The notes beneath the pieces are model-generated. The model saw nothing but the letters and a program-made list of their open reading frames with translations. It had not been told where the DNA came from and did not search any database. This document shows, one piece after another, positions 19,462 through 30,086 of a stretch of DNA of 64,000 nucleotides. The stretch covers positions 74,004 to 138,003 of the forward strand of contig CAZQKN010000007.1 in assembly GCA_964593935.1 (NCBI GenBank). The letters are read 5' to 3'. The stretch is from an uncultured Akkermansia sp. (GTDB taxonomy: Bacteria; Bacteroidota; Bacteroidia; Flavobacteriales_D; Crocinitomicaceae). The stretch's first letter is position 1, and each line of letters starts with the position of its first letter. The position numbers and the translations under genes were made by a program.

Positions 19462-20172
19462 ATGTGCTACAGTAATTCATCCACATCAACCAATGTCCAG
19501 CTGGTTCAGCGCTACAATAAGAAAGCACCTGAAATCCTGGATGCTGAACCCGTGTTCTTCGTATCGGGTTTTACCTTTCCGAAATGGCGGATCATCACTT
19601 CAGCACAGGAGATCAAAAGTATGAGATGGGGTTTGATCCCCAATTGGTTCACTGGTACAGATTGGAAAGAGATCGCTTCAATCACCTTGAATTCACGAAT
19701 AGAAACCGCAGATGAAAAAGCCAGTTTTCGTCATCTGATCGACCGACAACGCTGCATAGTCCCTTCCACCGGGTTTTTTGAATGGAAACACCTGGGAAAA
19801 GAAAAGATTCCCTATTTCATTCACCCTACGACGGACCAAGTGTTTTCAATGGCAGGGCTTCACGATCAATGGATAGACCCTGTAAAGGGAGAGGTGATTC
19901 AATCATTCACCATTCTGACTTGCGATGCCAATCCTTTGATGAGGGAGATCCACAATACAAAGTTTCGAATGCCGGTGATCCTAACGAGTGAAATGGAAAA
20001 CGATTGGTTAAGTGGGCAACTTGAACACAAAGAGCTGGAAGTCCCGTTCTCACAAGATCTGATGGCAGCACACGAAATTTCGAAAAAGATCATTTCTTCA
20101 CCGTTGGCAAATTCAGCAGAGGTGATCAAACCATTTGACAACGGTATTTATGAGCAGGGAAGTTTGTTCTGA
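19462..20172 (+). CDS. SOS response-associated peptidase (SRAP/YedK, DUF159)
   Basis: 236 aa starting MC... (catalytic Cys2), with an SRAP-like sequence throughout (FFEW, TILT, HNRMPVIL-like FRMPVIL). Confidence 0.85.
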   Translation: MCYSNSSTSTNVQLVQRYNKKAPEILDAEPVFFVSGFTFPKWRIITSAQEIKSMRWGLIPNWFTGTDWKEIASITLNSRIETADEKASFRHLIDRQRCIVPSTGFFEWKHLGKEKIPYFIHPTTDQVFSMAGLHDQWIDPVKGEVIQSFTILTCDANPLMREIHNTKFRMPVILTSEMENDWLSGQLEHKELEVPFSQDLMAAHEISKKIISSPLANSAEVIKPFDNGIYEQGSLF

Positions 20173-20745
20173 TCAGTTTCGCTGAAATATTTTACCCTCA
20201 TTTTTCTCCTTGCGTTTCCATTCGAATTCACGGTCATTGATCAGAACAAAACGCAGACTAACGAAAAGCCCATTCGTTTCAAACTTGCTTTCCTCAGGAA
20301 GAGGAGTAAGGAAATGATATCCGGTCTGAAGGTGAAATTGCCAAACTTTATAGCCTATTGTCGGAACAATACCAACCCTAGTATTGTCAAAATCGGTTCG
20401 AATACAAATATTCCCTCCCCAGGTGAGACCGACTCTGCTGCCGCGATACCAGTAGCCGATGTCGTAACCAAGAACTTTGTATTTGAAATTGTAGTTGAAC
20501 CCTCCATGAAGGGCATGAGTCTTTTTGCTGGTCAGTCGGATCTGTGACCACTGCCTTTCCACCCCAAACTCGGCTATGAGATACTTCCCCTGCTGTAATC
20601 CAAAATAAGGACCGGTTTGTTTAAGCTCCAGTTCCGTTCGTCGTTTGAAGGGATTGGGCAACCTTTTCTCCTCAACCTGGCTATGACCGTAAGAAGTAAG
20701 AAGACACAAAACAACAACACTAATTCTTCTCCACATATTCGTCAT
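20173..20745 (-). CDS. hypothetical secreted beta-rich protein
   Basis: 190 aa with signal peptide WRRISVVVLCLLTSYGHSQ and an alternating Gly/aromatic-rich sequence. I recognise no family. Its start overlaps the cvpA 3' end. Confidence 0.7.
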   Translation of the reverse strand: MTNMWRRISVVVLCLLTSYGHSQVEEKRLPNPFKRRTELELKQTGPYFGLQQGKYLIAEFGVERQWSQIRLTSKKTHALHGGFNYNFKYKVLGYDIGYWYRGSRVGLTWGGNICIRTDFDNTRVGIVPTIGYKVWQFHLQTGYHFLTPLPEESKFETNGLFVSLRFVLINDREFEWKRKEKNEGKIFQRN

Positions 20746-21361
20746 GCACCCTTTTCAATTCAACAGCATCCTGAGCATCGATCCCCAGGCTATCTGCAAC
20801 TTCCTTGGCTCGAATTATTTGTTCTACGGTCAAGCCGGTACTGTCGCTTTCCTGTTTAAACGCATTCTGAATGAAAATCGTACTTTCTGCCAAACCGGGA
20901 ACTGTACTTGTTGAGATGGCTTTAACCGGCTGGTACATCAGAGAACCCTCTTTCTTGTCTTTCGGAAAAAAATCTCCCTTTTCATCGTACGACTCCACAA
21001 GCACAATGATCACACTGAGAATGTAAAGCATTTTCAATACCGCAAAGAAAACACCGAAGAATTTATCCAATGGAGATAGGTTAACTACCCTGACCATTCG
21101 CTGGATCATCACTCCCGCGAAATAGACCATAGCTCCGATCCCAAGAAAAATGATCGTAAAACAGATCGTCGGTGCGTAAGGAGAGTCCCAGCTGAATACT
21201 TCCTTCAATTTCAAAGCGATAAAATCAGAAAAGTGTATTCCGGCATATAAACCAACGAATAAGGCCAGCAAGGTGAATACCTCTATGATCAGCCCGTGTT
21301 TAAAGCCTTTATAACCCGCATAGATCAGCGGAACGATCAACAAAACATCTATGAAGTTCAT
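20720..21361 (-). CDS. cvpA: CvpA family membrane protein
   Basis: Starts MNFIDVLLIVPLIYAGYKGFKHGLI, with four predicted TM segments. I prefer the ATG at 21361 over the TTG at 21379. Confidence 0.85.
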   Translation of the reverse strand: MNFIDVLLIVPLIYAGYKGFKHGLIIEVFTLLALFVGLYAGIHFSDFIALKLKEVFSWDSPYAPTICFTIIFLGIGAMVYFAGVMIQRMVRVVNLSPLDKFFGVFFAVLKMLYILSVIIVLVESYDEKGDFFPKDKKEGSLMYQPVKAISTSTVPGLAESTIFIQNAFKQESDSTGLTVEQIIRAKEVADSLGIDAQDAVELKRVHDEYVEKN

Positions 21362-21435
21362 GTACCGAAAGTAGAACAAAAAAGGGCCTCCCGAAATTGG
21401 AAGACCCTCTATTTCTTAACGAAGGATTGTTAACC

Positions 21436-22062
21436 TTACTTGCAATCTTTCTTCAATGTGGTTGAAAATGAAAGATCCACTTCAGACCATAATTTTGATT
21501 TTCCATCTGCTCCGGTATGCAGATCCTTACAGATCGTGTTCAGGGCATCGATACCTTTTGTAGCATCCCAATTAGCAACATCAATTGAAGCCGTGAAGCT
21601 GAAGGTATCTCCATCCAGGGTATAGTCACCAACTACCTCCTTTGTGATCGAATTCATCGTTAACGACATGGTAGCCTTTCCGTTATCGCTCAATGATTTG
21701 ATCTTACCGGTGATCTCAGGTGTAGCAACAGTTTGGAAAAAGTAAGTTGCGATCTTCCCGTTTCGCTCTTCGTTTTGTGTCTCAACAGAATTCGTTTCGA
21801 TCTTTACCGACATAGACTCGATCATTTTCTTCGCATCTTCTGCTCCGGATAATGCATCGATCTTTATGACATTGAAAGTTCCTTTAACAGGTGCTTTTTC
21901 GGTGAATTTGAAAGCTGTCCATTCAAGTACGGTTGAGCTTTCATCATAGGAATAAGTGCATGCAGGAGCTTTCGCTTCAGCCTTTTCCTCAGAGGAACCG
22001 GAACACGCACCGAACGTTAGAACAGTTGCAGCAGACAGAATGTAAAACCACGCTTTTTTCAT
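21436..22062 (-). CDS. YceI-like lipoprotein
   Basis: Lipoprotein signal MKKAWFYILSAATVLTFGAC. The segment LEWTAFKFTEKAPVKGTFN resembles the YceI N-terminal strand pattern. I prefer the ATG at 22062 over the TTG at 22080. Confidence 0.65.
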   Translation of the reverse strand: MKKAWFYILSAATVLTFGACSGSSEEKAEAKAPACTYSYDESSTVLEWTAFKFTEKAPVKGTFNVIKIDALSGAEDAKKMIESMSVKIETNSVETQNEERNGKIATYFFQTVATPEITGKIKSLSDNGKATMSLTMNSITKEVVGDYTLDGDTFSFTASIDVANWDATKGIDALNTICKDLHTGADGKSKLWSEVDLSFSTTLKKDCK

Positions 22063-22152
22063 GAGATGAATTTTTTTCAAACTTACATAAAAAACACCTT
22101 TAAAGATGATTTGTTCTAAAAGGAAAACATATCCAAACTGCGTTTAATAGCG

Positions 22153-22160
22153 TATTTTTG
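22153..22160 (+). promoter_or_regulatory. candidate -7 box TATTTTTG
   Basis: Matches TAnnTTTG, 4 nt upstream of the ATG at 22165. Confidence 0.4.
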
Positions 22161-22164
22161 CATC

Positions 22165-22527
22165 ATGGATTACGAAATTGAAATACGGTTCCAAAAATTG
22201 AAAAGTTTTCTCGAAGAGAAATTCGGTGAAGGCATGGATGTTCAGGCTATTCTTTTCCTGATCGGGGTAAATGAACTCGGAACAGGTCAAACTGAATTTA
22301 CGAAAAGCGAAAAAACCGACCTTTTTCACATAGCGATCTGCACCCTGCTCGAACCATACGGCTATTACGAGTTCGTTGGGAATGACGATGACAACTGGCC
22401 TCACTTCAAACTGATCAAAAATCTTCCCCCTCTGAACCATCAGGAGCAGCAATACCTGATGAAAGAAGCGATGCTGGAATACTTCATCAAAAACGCTTAC
22501 TACGAAGAAGGAACAATTACGACCTGA
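22165..22527 (+). CDS. hypothetical protein
   Basis: 120-aa ORF with no overlap to other genes. It has no signal peptide and I recognise no family. Confidence 0.7.
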   Translation: MDYEIEIRFQKLKSFLEEKFGEGMDVQAILFLIGVNELGTGQTEFTKSEKTDLFHIAICTLLEPYGYYEFVGNDDDNWPHFKLIKNLPPLNHQEQQYLMKEAMLEYFIKNAYYEEGTITT

Positions 22528-22563
22528 AAAAACTATCTTTGTTCTTCTTGAATTTCAAACACT

Positions 22564-23895
22564 ATGGAGATACTCATTAAAGCAGCTCAGCTGATTCTAT
22601 CACTTTCGATCATTGTTGTCCTCCACGAGTTCGGGCATTTCATTCCTGCTAGGATCTTTAAAACACGTGTCGAGAAATTCTACTTGTTCTTCAACCCTTG
22701 GTTCTCTCTTTTCAAAAAGAAGATCGGTGAGACAGAATGGGGATTGGGTTGGCTACCTCTTGGTGGATATGTAAAGATCGCCGGGATGGTTGACGAATCC
22801 ATGGACAAAGAACAATTGGCAAAGCCGGCTCAACCATGGGAATTCCGTTCAAAACCTGCATGGCAGCGTTTGATCATCATGATCGGTGGTGTCACTGTGA
22901 ACTTAATTCTGGGAATGATCATCTACGTCGGTGTCATGTATACCTACGGTGAAGAGAAGATATACACTAAAGAATTGAAAAGCGGACTTTCTGTACATCC
23001 CTATTTGTCCAAATACGGAATCGTTTCGGGAGACAATATTCTAAAAGTAGAAGGAAAGGAAGTCGACCACATCAGCCAGATCAGTGCGGGTATACTTTTG
23101 CGAGACGCCAGAAAACTGACAGTTCAGCATGCTGATGGGTCTTCTGAAGAGATCGTGCTTCCGGAAGGGATTGATTATGAATTGTTCCAGAACGGTGCAT
23201 TTCCTGCGGTTGGACTCAGACATCAATCCACAGTTGTGGACACCGTTATGCCTGAAACGCCTGCAATGAAAGCCGGTCTTCAGAAAGGGGATCAGATCCT
23301 CAGTATCAATGGGCATGCGATCGAATTTTATGACGAGATCCAGCGCCGACTTTTTGAAATGAAGGGTAAAAAGGCAGAACTTGTGCTCAAAAGAGGTGAA
23401 GATACGCTTACGGTAACTTCTAAAGTCAAGCCTGAGGGAACCATTGGATTTGCCGTAAAAACGACGGAACTTGAGGATAAAGGTGCCATTCGACAAGAAT
23501 ACTATTCATTTGGGCAAAGCATCGGGATAGGTATCAACCGCGGTGTAACGACACTGAGCGATTACGTCGGACAGTTGAAGTTCCTTTTCACGAAAAAAGG
23601 TGCTTCCTCGATCGGTGGATTTGGAACCATTGGAAACATGTTCCCTCCGGTTTGGAACTGGCAGGCGTTCTGGTTGACAACCGCTTTCATCTCAATCATT
23701 CTGGCATTCATGAACATTTTGCCGATCCCGGCACTTGATGGAGGCCATGTTGTATTCCTGATCTATGAGATGGTTACAGGTCGTGAGGCTCCGCAGAAAG
23801 TCCTTGAATATGCTCAATACATTGGGTTCATCCTTCTTTTGGGGTTGATCTTGTATGCCAACCTGAACGACATCATTCGAGCAATTTTCGGTTAA
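22564..23895 (+). CDS. rseP: RIP metalloprotease RseP (M50 site-2 protease)
   Basis: Has the HEFGH zinc motif, a PDZ segment and the NILPIPALDGG motif. Confidence 0.93.
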   Translation: MEILIKAAQLILSLSIIVVLHEFGHFIPARIFKTRVEKFYLFFNPWFSLFKKKIGETEWGLGWLPLGGYVKIAGMVDESMDKEQLAKPAQPWEFRSKPAWQRLIIMIGGVTVNLILGMIIYVGVMYTYGEEKIYTKELKSGLSVHPYLSKYGIVSGDNILKVEGKEVDHISQISAGILLRDARKLTVQHADGSSEEIVLPEGIDYELFQNGAFPAVGLRHQSTVVDTVMPETPAMKAGLQKGDQILSINGHAIEFYDEIQRRLFEMKGKKAELVLKRGEDTLTVTSKVKPEGTIGFAVKTTELEDKGAIRQEYYSFGQSIGIGINRGVTTLSDYVGQLKFLFTKKGASSIGGFGTIGNMFPPVWNWQAFWLTTAFISIILAFMNILPIPALDGGHVVFLIYEMVTGREAPQKVLEYAQYIGFILLLGLILYANLNDIIRAIFG

Positions 23896-24008
23896 GCCTA
23901 TACTCATACATGTATTTCAGCCACAGGACCATTATATTCAACCAATAATGGAATCCGTGTGAAAGAATTTAAACAGATTGCATTAATTTTAAACCTAAAA
24001 TACTGAAT

Positions 24009-24686
24009 ATGAAAAAAATACTGTTAATACTGAGTCTTATTCTGACAACAGGTGCAGCAATAGCACAAACAGAGGGCCATATTTCTTACAAGATCGATGC
24101 AACAACAGACAATCCGGACATGCAAATGGCAATCGGAATGTTGCAAGGTTCTACGATGGACATTTATTTCAAGGATAAAGCTACACGATCTGAAATGAAA
24201 ATGGGGTCTATGATGACCGTTACTACGATCACAAATGAATCCACGAACGAAATGCTTATGCTCATGAGTGGAATGATGGGTAACAATGCCATAAAATCTC
24301 CTTTGGAGCAACCGGAAGATGTTGCAGACAGTGCAGACGTTACAGAGGCAGAAGTGACACTTATCGATGAAACCAAAGAGATCGAAGGATATGTGTGTAA
24401 GAAAGCGATCGTTACTTCTGAGGACGGATTAGAATCCGTTTTCTGGTATACAGATCAAATAGACGTTTCAACAAAAGGCCAGCGTTATTTAAACAGCAAG
24501 ATCCCCGGGTTTCCAATGCAATTCGAAATAAACAATCGAGGATTGAAAATGACCATCACGGTTGTTGAAGTAGATAAAAAACTGGACAAAAAGAAAAGCA
24601 GTAGCTTATTCAATATGGAAATTCCACAAGGTTATACCGAAATGAGTATGGACGACCTTCAGAACATGGGTGGAATGGGGATGTAA
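24009..24686 (+). CDS. hypothetical secreted Met-rich protein
   Basis: 225 aa with signal peptide MKKILLILSLILTTGAAIAQ and a terminator downstream. The family is uncertain. Confidence 0.75.
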   Translation: MKKILLILSLILTTGAAIAQTEGHISYKIDATTDNPDMQMAIGMLQGSTMDIYFKDKATRSEMKMGSMMTVTTITNESTNEMLMLMSGMMGNNAIKSPLEQPEDVADSADVTEAEVTLIDETKEIEGYVCKKAIVTSEDGLESVFWYTDQIDVSTKGQRYLNSKIPGFPMQFEINNRGLKMTITVVEVDKKLDKKKSSSLFNMEIPQGYTEMSMDDLQNMGGMGM

Positions 24687-24704
24687 TTCCATTATGACAA
24701 TGTT

Positions 24705-24731
24705 AAAACCCGCCTTAGAGCGGGTTTTTTT
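24705..24731 (+). terminator. rho-independent terminator
   Basis: CCCGC (24709-24713), loop CTTAGA, GCGGG (24720-24724), followed by T7. Confidence 0.75.
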
Positions 24732-24799
24732 ATGACATGAAAGATTCCCTGTATATCGTGATCGAGAAAATCCCATTAACTGGGAAATTGAACTTTTAT

Positions 24800-26353
24800 T
24801 TACCTCAACTTCATTACCTTCTTCGTTCTGAAGCCAGATGATTTAGCCACCTTCACAAGGTATTGACCAGGCTGCAGTCCAGACATGTCCATAGGAATAT
24901 GATGAGTGTCCTGAGACATTTCCTTATCACACACCAATAGAACAGATCTTCCATTGAGATCAAATAACTCAACACTTACACGCTCATTTTGTGTTGAAAC
25001 TTTAATCGTTGCGTTGTTTACGGCCGGGTTAGGATAAACCATGATACCGTCTTGTTCAAATTCTTGTTCTGCCACACTAAGGTTACATGCTCCTAACACA
25101 TCGATATAACTTACAGGTTGCTCAAACAACGGTTGGATTTCCGCAGGATCGACCTGAAACCAATCTTTCAAAATGGAGGCATAAACGTCCCTGAAATCAT
25201 ATTGCATAGGAATTCCTGCCTGGTTCACGATCTGATCACCTATCTGAGGATTATCTCCAATAACACCGCTGTTGATACAGCTGCCAAATAAGAAAATTGG
25301 AGCGGCATCACCATGATCTGTTCCCAAACTTGCATTTGAAGCGATCTGTCGACCGAATTCTGAAAATGTCATACCTGCTACCCTATGTTCGATTCCCAAC
25401 AAGCCAAGATCATCCTGAAATGCATGAATTGCATCAGATAAGGTCTTCAACAAATTGGCATGCATTCCTGTTGTGGTTGAAGAATCAGAAGTCACCTGAG
25501 CATCATGTGTATCGAAACCATTTATGTTGAGGATATATACTTTCGATTGTAAACCGCCGGAGATCATTTGGGCAACATACCTCAACTGGACAGCGATCGG
25601 ATTGTTATCGTCATACAATGTTGACAAAGTATTTCCGGCATCTGCAGCGGCATTGATCTCAGAACCGTATTGATTGGTCTGATTCAGGATCGTTGTAATG
25701 TACTCCATGTGAGCACCGAAGTAGGTGCCATCGTCAGTGGCTGTATTTCCATTGACATTGGTTGGAGTAAACGGATTGGCCACAGCATGCGAAAAGTTGG
25801 CCATTAAGCCCTGACATGTTGCTGAAACCTCATACCCCATAGAGATCGCAAACGGATGCGGATAATCCTCATTGGGATAACCATTCGGATAATCTGTACA
25901 AACACTATCGAAGCGACGGCCCAACCATCCCCTTGTTTCTTCAACTTCAAGTGAACCGGAGGTCCAGATGTCCATAGAGCGGAAGTGTGAACGGTTTTGT
26001 TCGGGATATCCTACATTCTGTATGATGGATAACTTCCCTGTATCGAACATCGATTTCATTCCTGACATTACCGGGTGAAACCCGATCTCTGTCGTTACTG
26101 GAAGGATCTGACTCTCAGGAATAATGATATTCTGACGCTGGATCACCAAATTATCGTACTGATCTATTGGAATGACCGTATTCAAACCATCATTTCCTCC
26201 ATTAAGGCGGATAATGACCAAAACTCTGTCCTCCGCCACTTTTGCATAGGAAAAGAGCTTTTTGGAGATCGCCTGGAACTTAATATCCTTTAGAACGAAT
26301 GGCGCCGCAACAGATGCAAGCGAAACATTCTTGATAAAATTTCTTCTTTTCAT
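24800..26353 (-). CDS. DUF1501 (sulfatase-fold-like) protein with Tat signal and T9SS C-terminal sorting domain
   Basis: The N-terminus MKRRNFIKNVSLASVAAPF is a twin-arginine motif. The body is DUF1501-like (GGNDGLNTVIP, GTDHG). The C-terminus is VYPNPAVNNATIKV...GQYLVKVAKSSGF. Confidence 0.85.
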   Translation of the reverse strand: MKRRNFIKNVSLASVAAPFVLKDIKFQAISKKLFSYAKVAEDRVLVIIRLNGGNDGLNTVIPIDQYDNLVIQRQNIIIPESQILPVTTEIGFHPVMSGMKSMFDTGKLSIIQNVGYPEQNRSHFRSMDIWTSGSLEVEETRGWLGRRFDSVCTDYPNGYPNEDYPHPFAISMGYEVSATCQGLMANFSHAVANPFTPTNVNGNTATDDGTYFGAHMEYITTILNQTNQYGSEINAAADAGNTLSTLYDDNNPIAVQLRYVAQMISGGLQSKVYILNINGFDTHDAQVTSDSSTTTGMHANLLKTLSDAIHAFQDDLGLLGIEHRVAGMTFSEFGRQIASNASLGTDHGDAAPIFLFGSCINSGVIGDNPQIGDQIVNQAGIPMQYDFRDVYASILKDWFQVDPAEIQPLFEQPVSYIDVLGACNLSVAEQEFEQDGIMVYPNPAVNNATIKVSTQNERVSVELFDLNGRSVLLVCDKEMSQDTHHIPMDMSGLQPGQYLVKVAKSSGFRTKKVMKLR

Positions 26354-26367
26354 GGTCGCTTAAATCA

Positions 26368-27987
26368 TCAGATGGTTTGGAACTGAGGCATTCGCATGAT
26401 ATTGTACAGTACTTGCTCAACCCTTTGCTTCACAGGGTTGTAGAATGTAGGATTCGTCGGATCGGCAAGGTATTCATTGTACTGAAGTGTCCATTCGAAA
26501 TCAGGCAATCCGTTTGTCAGGATCAATTTCAACTGTAACTTCTGTGCAGCACTTATTGGTTTTGGACAAAGTACTTCACACATATCGCTTATCACAAGAA
26601 CCGGATCTGAAGGCTCACTCAATCCATTAAGAAATCCAAGTGCATTCACCTTAAAATTGTTCGTTCCTGAAGGTATACCAGTGAATAACGTTATTGCAAA
26701 GGCTATATCGAAACGTGTTTTAATGGTCGTTGAATTGATCCACAACTGCGAAAATGCCGGGGCCTGATAATACGCTGTCCAACCGGCAACGCTTGGTGGT
26801 GTTGCATAAGCCTGACCCATAGTCTCCGCAAGCCAGTAGAAGGCCAGATACATATCAGAATTTCCTGCCAGACCATAATTCGGAACGGAAGAAGTTGCGT
26901 TGAAAATCCCAAAGATCATTTCCAGCGGAGACCGTATCAAAGATCCTCTCAGACTGACATCATAGAAGTGCTCACTTTTGAACAGTTGCTGAAGAACCGG
27001 AAGAATTTCGTAATTATTATCGATCATCGTCTGCGCCATGACCGGAATAATTGTGTTCTTAACCTCGTCAGTCAGATCATAATTCACAAAATAGCGATAC
27101 AGTTTGGTACAAATATGGGTTGCTACCTGCGGCTGCTGAAAGATCACGTCAATGTAATTCGCATACTCGACAGCACCTGCTTGAGTGATAACAGCGTTAT
27201 CAAAGTGATAAGACAGTTGTTTACTAAGCTGATTATGAAGGATCGGTGTGAATGTCGCTACCGGTGATGTCATTGTATCACTGCGCAAGCCCTCGACCAA
27301 ATAACCTGTGAGGATCTTCGCTCCTGCTGCCACATCATCTTCTGTGTAATTGGAATAATCTCCTGGACCGATCTGGGGCCCTTTTCCGATCGTGAATAGC
27401 TCAAGAAGTTCCCTTGCATAGTTTTCATTCGGACTGAATACTGAGTTTGTGGCTCCGTTCAGGAACAATAGCATGCAGGGATCGATCGTTACGTCCTTGA
27501 TCAATTGCTTCACATTACCCAATGCGTGTGTTCGAAGAAGCATCAGATAATTGTAGGTAGCTCTTGAATCACTAGCAGCTGTAACACCAAAATGATTGTG
27601 CCAGAATAAACACATCTTTTCCGCAATCGACATAGGCTCAGTGTTCAGACGCTTCATCATCCACGCACCAAGAGACTTTATCCTCGCCGTCTCCGTGGCT
27701 TGATTGGCCGCAACATCAGTTGGGTAAACTGAATTCACCCAAGTCGTGCCAAAGGCTGATACACTTTCGGCAGGATCATATGTCAAGGGCTGATCGGTTG
27801 ATGGGATCTGCAGCACAGCATTTACAGTATTGTTCATTCCCTGAGCCACCGCATCAAGGATCTGTTGGTTGGTCGGACCAAACATTGTTCTCTTCAGGAA
27901 ATGACCGGCTTCATACTTGGTCCATGGACCTGTATAGGGGTTCATGCTAAGAGATACAGGGGTTTCAATCGATTCTTCGGGAAACAT
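26368..27987 (-). CDS. DUF1800 family protein
   Basis: It is the usual partner directly upstream of DUF1501 genes. I prefer the ATG at 27987 (MFPEESIETPV) over the TTG at 28008. No obvious signal peptide. Confidence 0.8.
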   Translation of the reverse strand: MFPEESIETPVSLSMNPYTGPWTKYEAGHFLKRTMFGPTNQQILDAVAQGMNNTVNAVLQIPSTDQPLTYDPAESVSAFGTTWVNSVYPTDVAANQATETARIKSLGAWMMKRLNTEPMSIAEKMCLFWHNHFGVTAASDSRATYNYLMLLRTHALGNVKQLIKDVTIDPCMLLFLNGATNSVFSPNENYARELLELFTIGKGPQIGPGDYSNYTEDDVAAGAKILTGYLVEGLRSDTMTSPVATFTPILHNQLSKQLSYHFDNAVITQAGAVEYANYIDVIFQQPQVATHICTKLYRYFVNYDLTDEVKNTIIPVMAQTMIDNNYEILPVLQQLFKSEHFYDVSLRGSLIRSPLEMIFGIFNATSSVPNYGLAGNSDMYLAFYWLAETMGQAYATPPSVAGWTAYYQAPAFSQLWINSTTIKTRFDIAFAITLFTGIPSGTNNFKVNALGFLNGLSEPSDPVLVISDMCEVLCPKPISAAQKLQLKLILTNGLPDFEWTLQYNEYLADPTNPTFYNPVKQRVEQVLYNIMRMPQFQTI

Positions 27988-28055
27988 GTAGCAGTGATTT
28001 TGAAGCAAATTACAAAAGAAAACTTTTCTTTACTCAGTTTCGAATCGTTAAATTG

Positions 28056-28985
28056 TCAATTATCTGTTAAAAAACGGATGTTTCGCTTGAGGCCCTCATA
28101 ACCCGGTCGTAAAACGGGGGATCTCTTAAACAGCTCCGAAAAAATATCTTCCGTCAACTCCACCCATTCCTGCTGGTTCAAGCCCAGAAGATCAGTATTG
28201 GGTTCAAGTCTTTTTTCTTTGTGTGGCCTTGAAAAGCGATTCCAGGGACAAACATCCTGACAGATATCACAACCAAAAGCCCAGTTCTCCATCTTACCCT
28301 TGAATTCGGAAGGAATGATCTGATCTTTAAGTTCAATTGTGATGTAAGAGATGCATTTTGAACCATCAACGACATAGGGTTCGACGATAGCCTGGGTTGG
28401 ACAAGCGTCAAGACAACGGGTGCATGTGCCACAATAATCCTTAATGGGGCCATCCGGTTCCAGTTCAAGATCAAGTATTAATTCGGCAATAAAAAAGAAA
28501 GAACCGTGCTTGGGGTGGATAAGATTAGTATGCTTCCCGATCCACCCTGCTCCACTGCGCTTGGCCCATGCTTTGTCCATAACCGGGGCTGAATCTACGA
28601 AAACTCGTCCCCCTACTTCACCAATCTCGTCCTGTATCCATCGAAAGAACTCAAACAGTTTATCTTTTATTACGAAGTGGTAATCCTCCCCGTATGCATA
28701 TTTTGAAATCTTGGGGGCTAAAGGATCTGACTGTTCTTGTTCCGGATAATAGTTCAGCAATAAGGAAACAACCGATTTTGCGCCCGGAACCAATAAACGC
28801 GGATCTAAGCGCTTATCGAAATGATTCTCCATGTAGGCCATTTTGCCGTTGTAGGAACGCTTTAACCATTCCTCCAGATGCAAGGCCTCATCTTCGAGAA
28901 AATCTGCCTTTGAAATGCCACAGAAAAAGAAACCCAGATCCCTGGATTTTTGTTTGATCAAAAGGGTATTTCGTCCAATAGACAT
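28056..28985 (-). CDS. queG: epoxyqueuosine reductase
   Basis: 309 aa with two 4Fe-4S motifs, [12 protein letters not shown] and CDICQDVCP. Confidence 0.9.
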   Translation of the reverse strand: MSIGRNTLLIKQKSRDLGFFFCGISKADFLEDEALHLEEWLKRSYNGKMAYMENHFDKRLDPRLLVPGAKSVVSLLLNYYPEQEQSDPLAPKISKYAYGEDYHFVIKDKLFEFFRWIQDEIGEVGGRVFVDSAPVMDKAWAKRSGAGWIGKHTNLIHPKHGSFFFIAELILDLELEPDGPIKDYCGTCTRCLDACPTQAIVEPYVVDGSKCISYITIELKDQIIPSEFKGKMENWAFGCDICQDVCPWNRFSRPHKEKRLEPNTDLLGLNQQEWVELTEDIFSELFKRSPVLRPGYEGLKRNIRFLTDN

Positions 28986-28986
28986 C

Positions 28987-30012
28987 CTAGAACAATCCTC
29001 CCTGTGTCCATCCGAGATCTTTACCCAAATGCTTATAGGCCTTTTCGGTCACTTTGCGCCCTCGGGTAGTACGCATTAAAAATCCTTCCTGGATCAGAAA
29101 AGGTTCATAAACCTCCTCCAACGTTCCGGCATTCTCACCGATCGCTGTCGCTATGGTGGTCAGACCAACGGGTCCTCCGTTGAATTTGTCGATCAGGATC
29201 TTTAATATCCTCAAATCCATCTCGTCCAGCCCACTTGAATCAACGTTCAATGCCTTTAAGGCAAATTCAGTAATGTCAGCATCGATCACTCCTTTACCCT
29301 TTATCTGAGCAAAATCCCTAACTCTGCGTAAAAGTGCATTGGCGATTCTCGGGGTTCCTCGACTTCTTGAAGCGATCTTGTACGCCGCATCCTCGTCGAT
29401 TGGAATATTGAGCAAGCTCGACGAACGTTCAACGATCATGGTCAAAACTTCAGCATTGTAGTACTCCAATCTTGAATTTATACCAAAGCGCGCTCGCAGC
29501 GGTGAAGTGAGCAAACCGGAACGTGTAGTTGCACCTATAAGAGTGAATGGATTCAAACCGATCTGTACACTTCTTGCATTTGCTCCACTATCGATTAGAA
29601 TGTCAATGGCGTAATCTTCCATTGCTGAATAAAGGTATTCCTCAACAACAGGACTCAAACGGTGGATCTCATCAATAAAAAGAACATCTCCTTCGCCCAG
29701 ATTTGTCAATAAACCAGCAAGATCACCCGGTTTATCCAGAACTGGCCCACTGGTGACTTTAAAACCAACACCCAATTCGTTGGCGATGATATTGGCAAGC
29801 GTTGTTTTTCCTAGTCCCGGAGGTCCATGAAGAAGAACATGATCAAGTGGTTCATTTCTTAGTCTTGCGGCTTTAATAAACACCTCAAGATTTTCTACAA
29901 CACCGGGCTGACCTACAAAATCATCTAAATTCCGAGGACGCAGCACTTTGTCATAGTCCTGGTCCGAACTACTACCTACTTCTTTTCTGTAATCAAATGA
30001 ATCTTCTTCCAC
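28987..30012 (-). CDS. ruvB: Holliday junction branch migration helicase RuvB
   Basis: Has Walker [10 protein letters not shown], Walker B FIDEIH and a full-length RuvB-like sequence. The start codon is GTG. Confidence 0.95.
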   Translation of the reverse strand: MEEDSFDYRKEVGSSSDQDYDKVLRPRNLDDFVGQPGVVENLEVFIKAARLRNEPLDHVLLHGPPGLGKTTLANIIANELGVGFKVTSGPVLDKPGDLAGLLTNLGEGDVLFIDEIHRLSPVVEEYLYSAMEDYAIDILIDSGANARSVQIGLNPFTLIGATTRSGLLTSPLRARFGINSRLEYYNAEVLTMIVERSSSLLNIPIDEDAAYKIASRSRGTPRIANALLRRVRDFAQIKGKGVIDADITEFALKALNVDSSGLDEMDLRILKILIDKFNGGPVGLTTIATAIGENAGTLEEVYEPFLIQEGFLMRTTRGRKVTEKAYKHLGKDLGWTQGGLF

Positions 30013-30035
30013 GATCGGTATTTACACAAAAATAC

Positions 30036-30067
30036 AAAAGCCCGCTGTCATGTAACAACGGGCTTTT
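30036..30067 (-). terminator. rho-independent terminator after the cytochrome oxidase genes
   Basis: Perfect 9-bp stem AAAAGCCCG (30036-30044) / CGGGCTTTT (30059-30067) with a 14-nt loop. A T-rich tract follows on the minus strand. Confidence 0.65.
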
Positions 30068-30086
30068 TAAATATTATGAACAGCTC

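Noticed and set aside
21384-21410. Possible hairpin GGGCCTCC...GGAAGACCC between the YceI-like gene and cvpA
   Set aside because: The arms pair poorly, with several mismatches, and there is no T-run. This is not enough for a terminator call.
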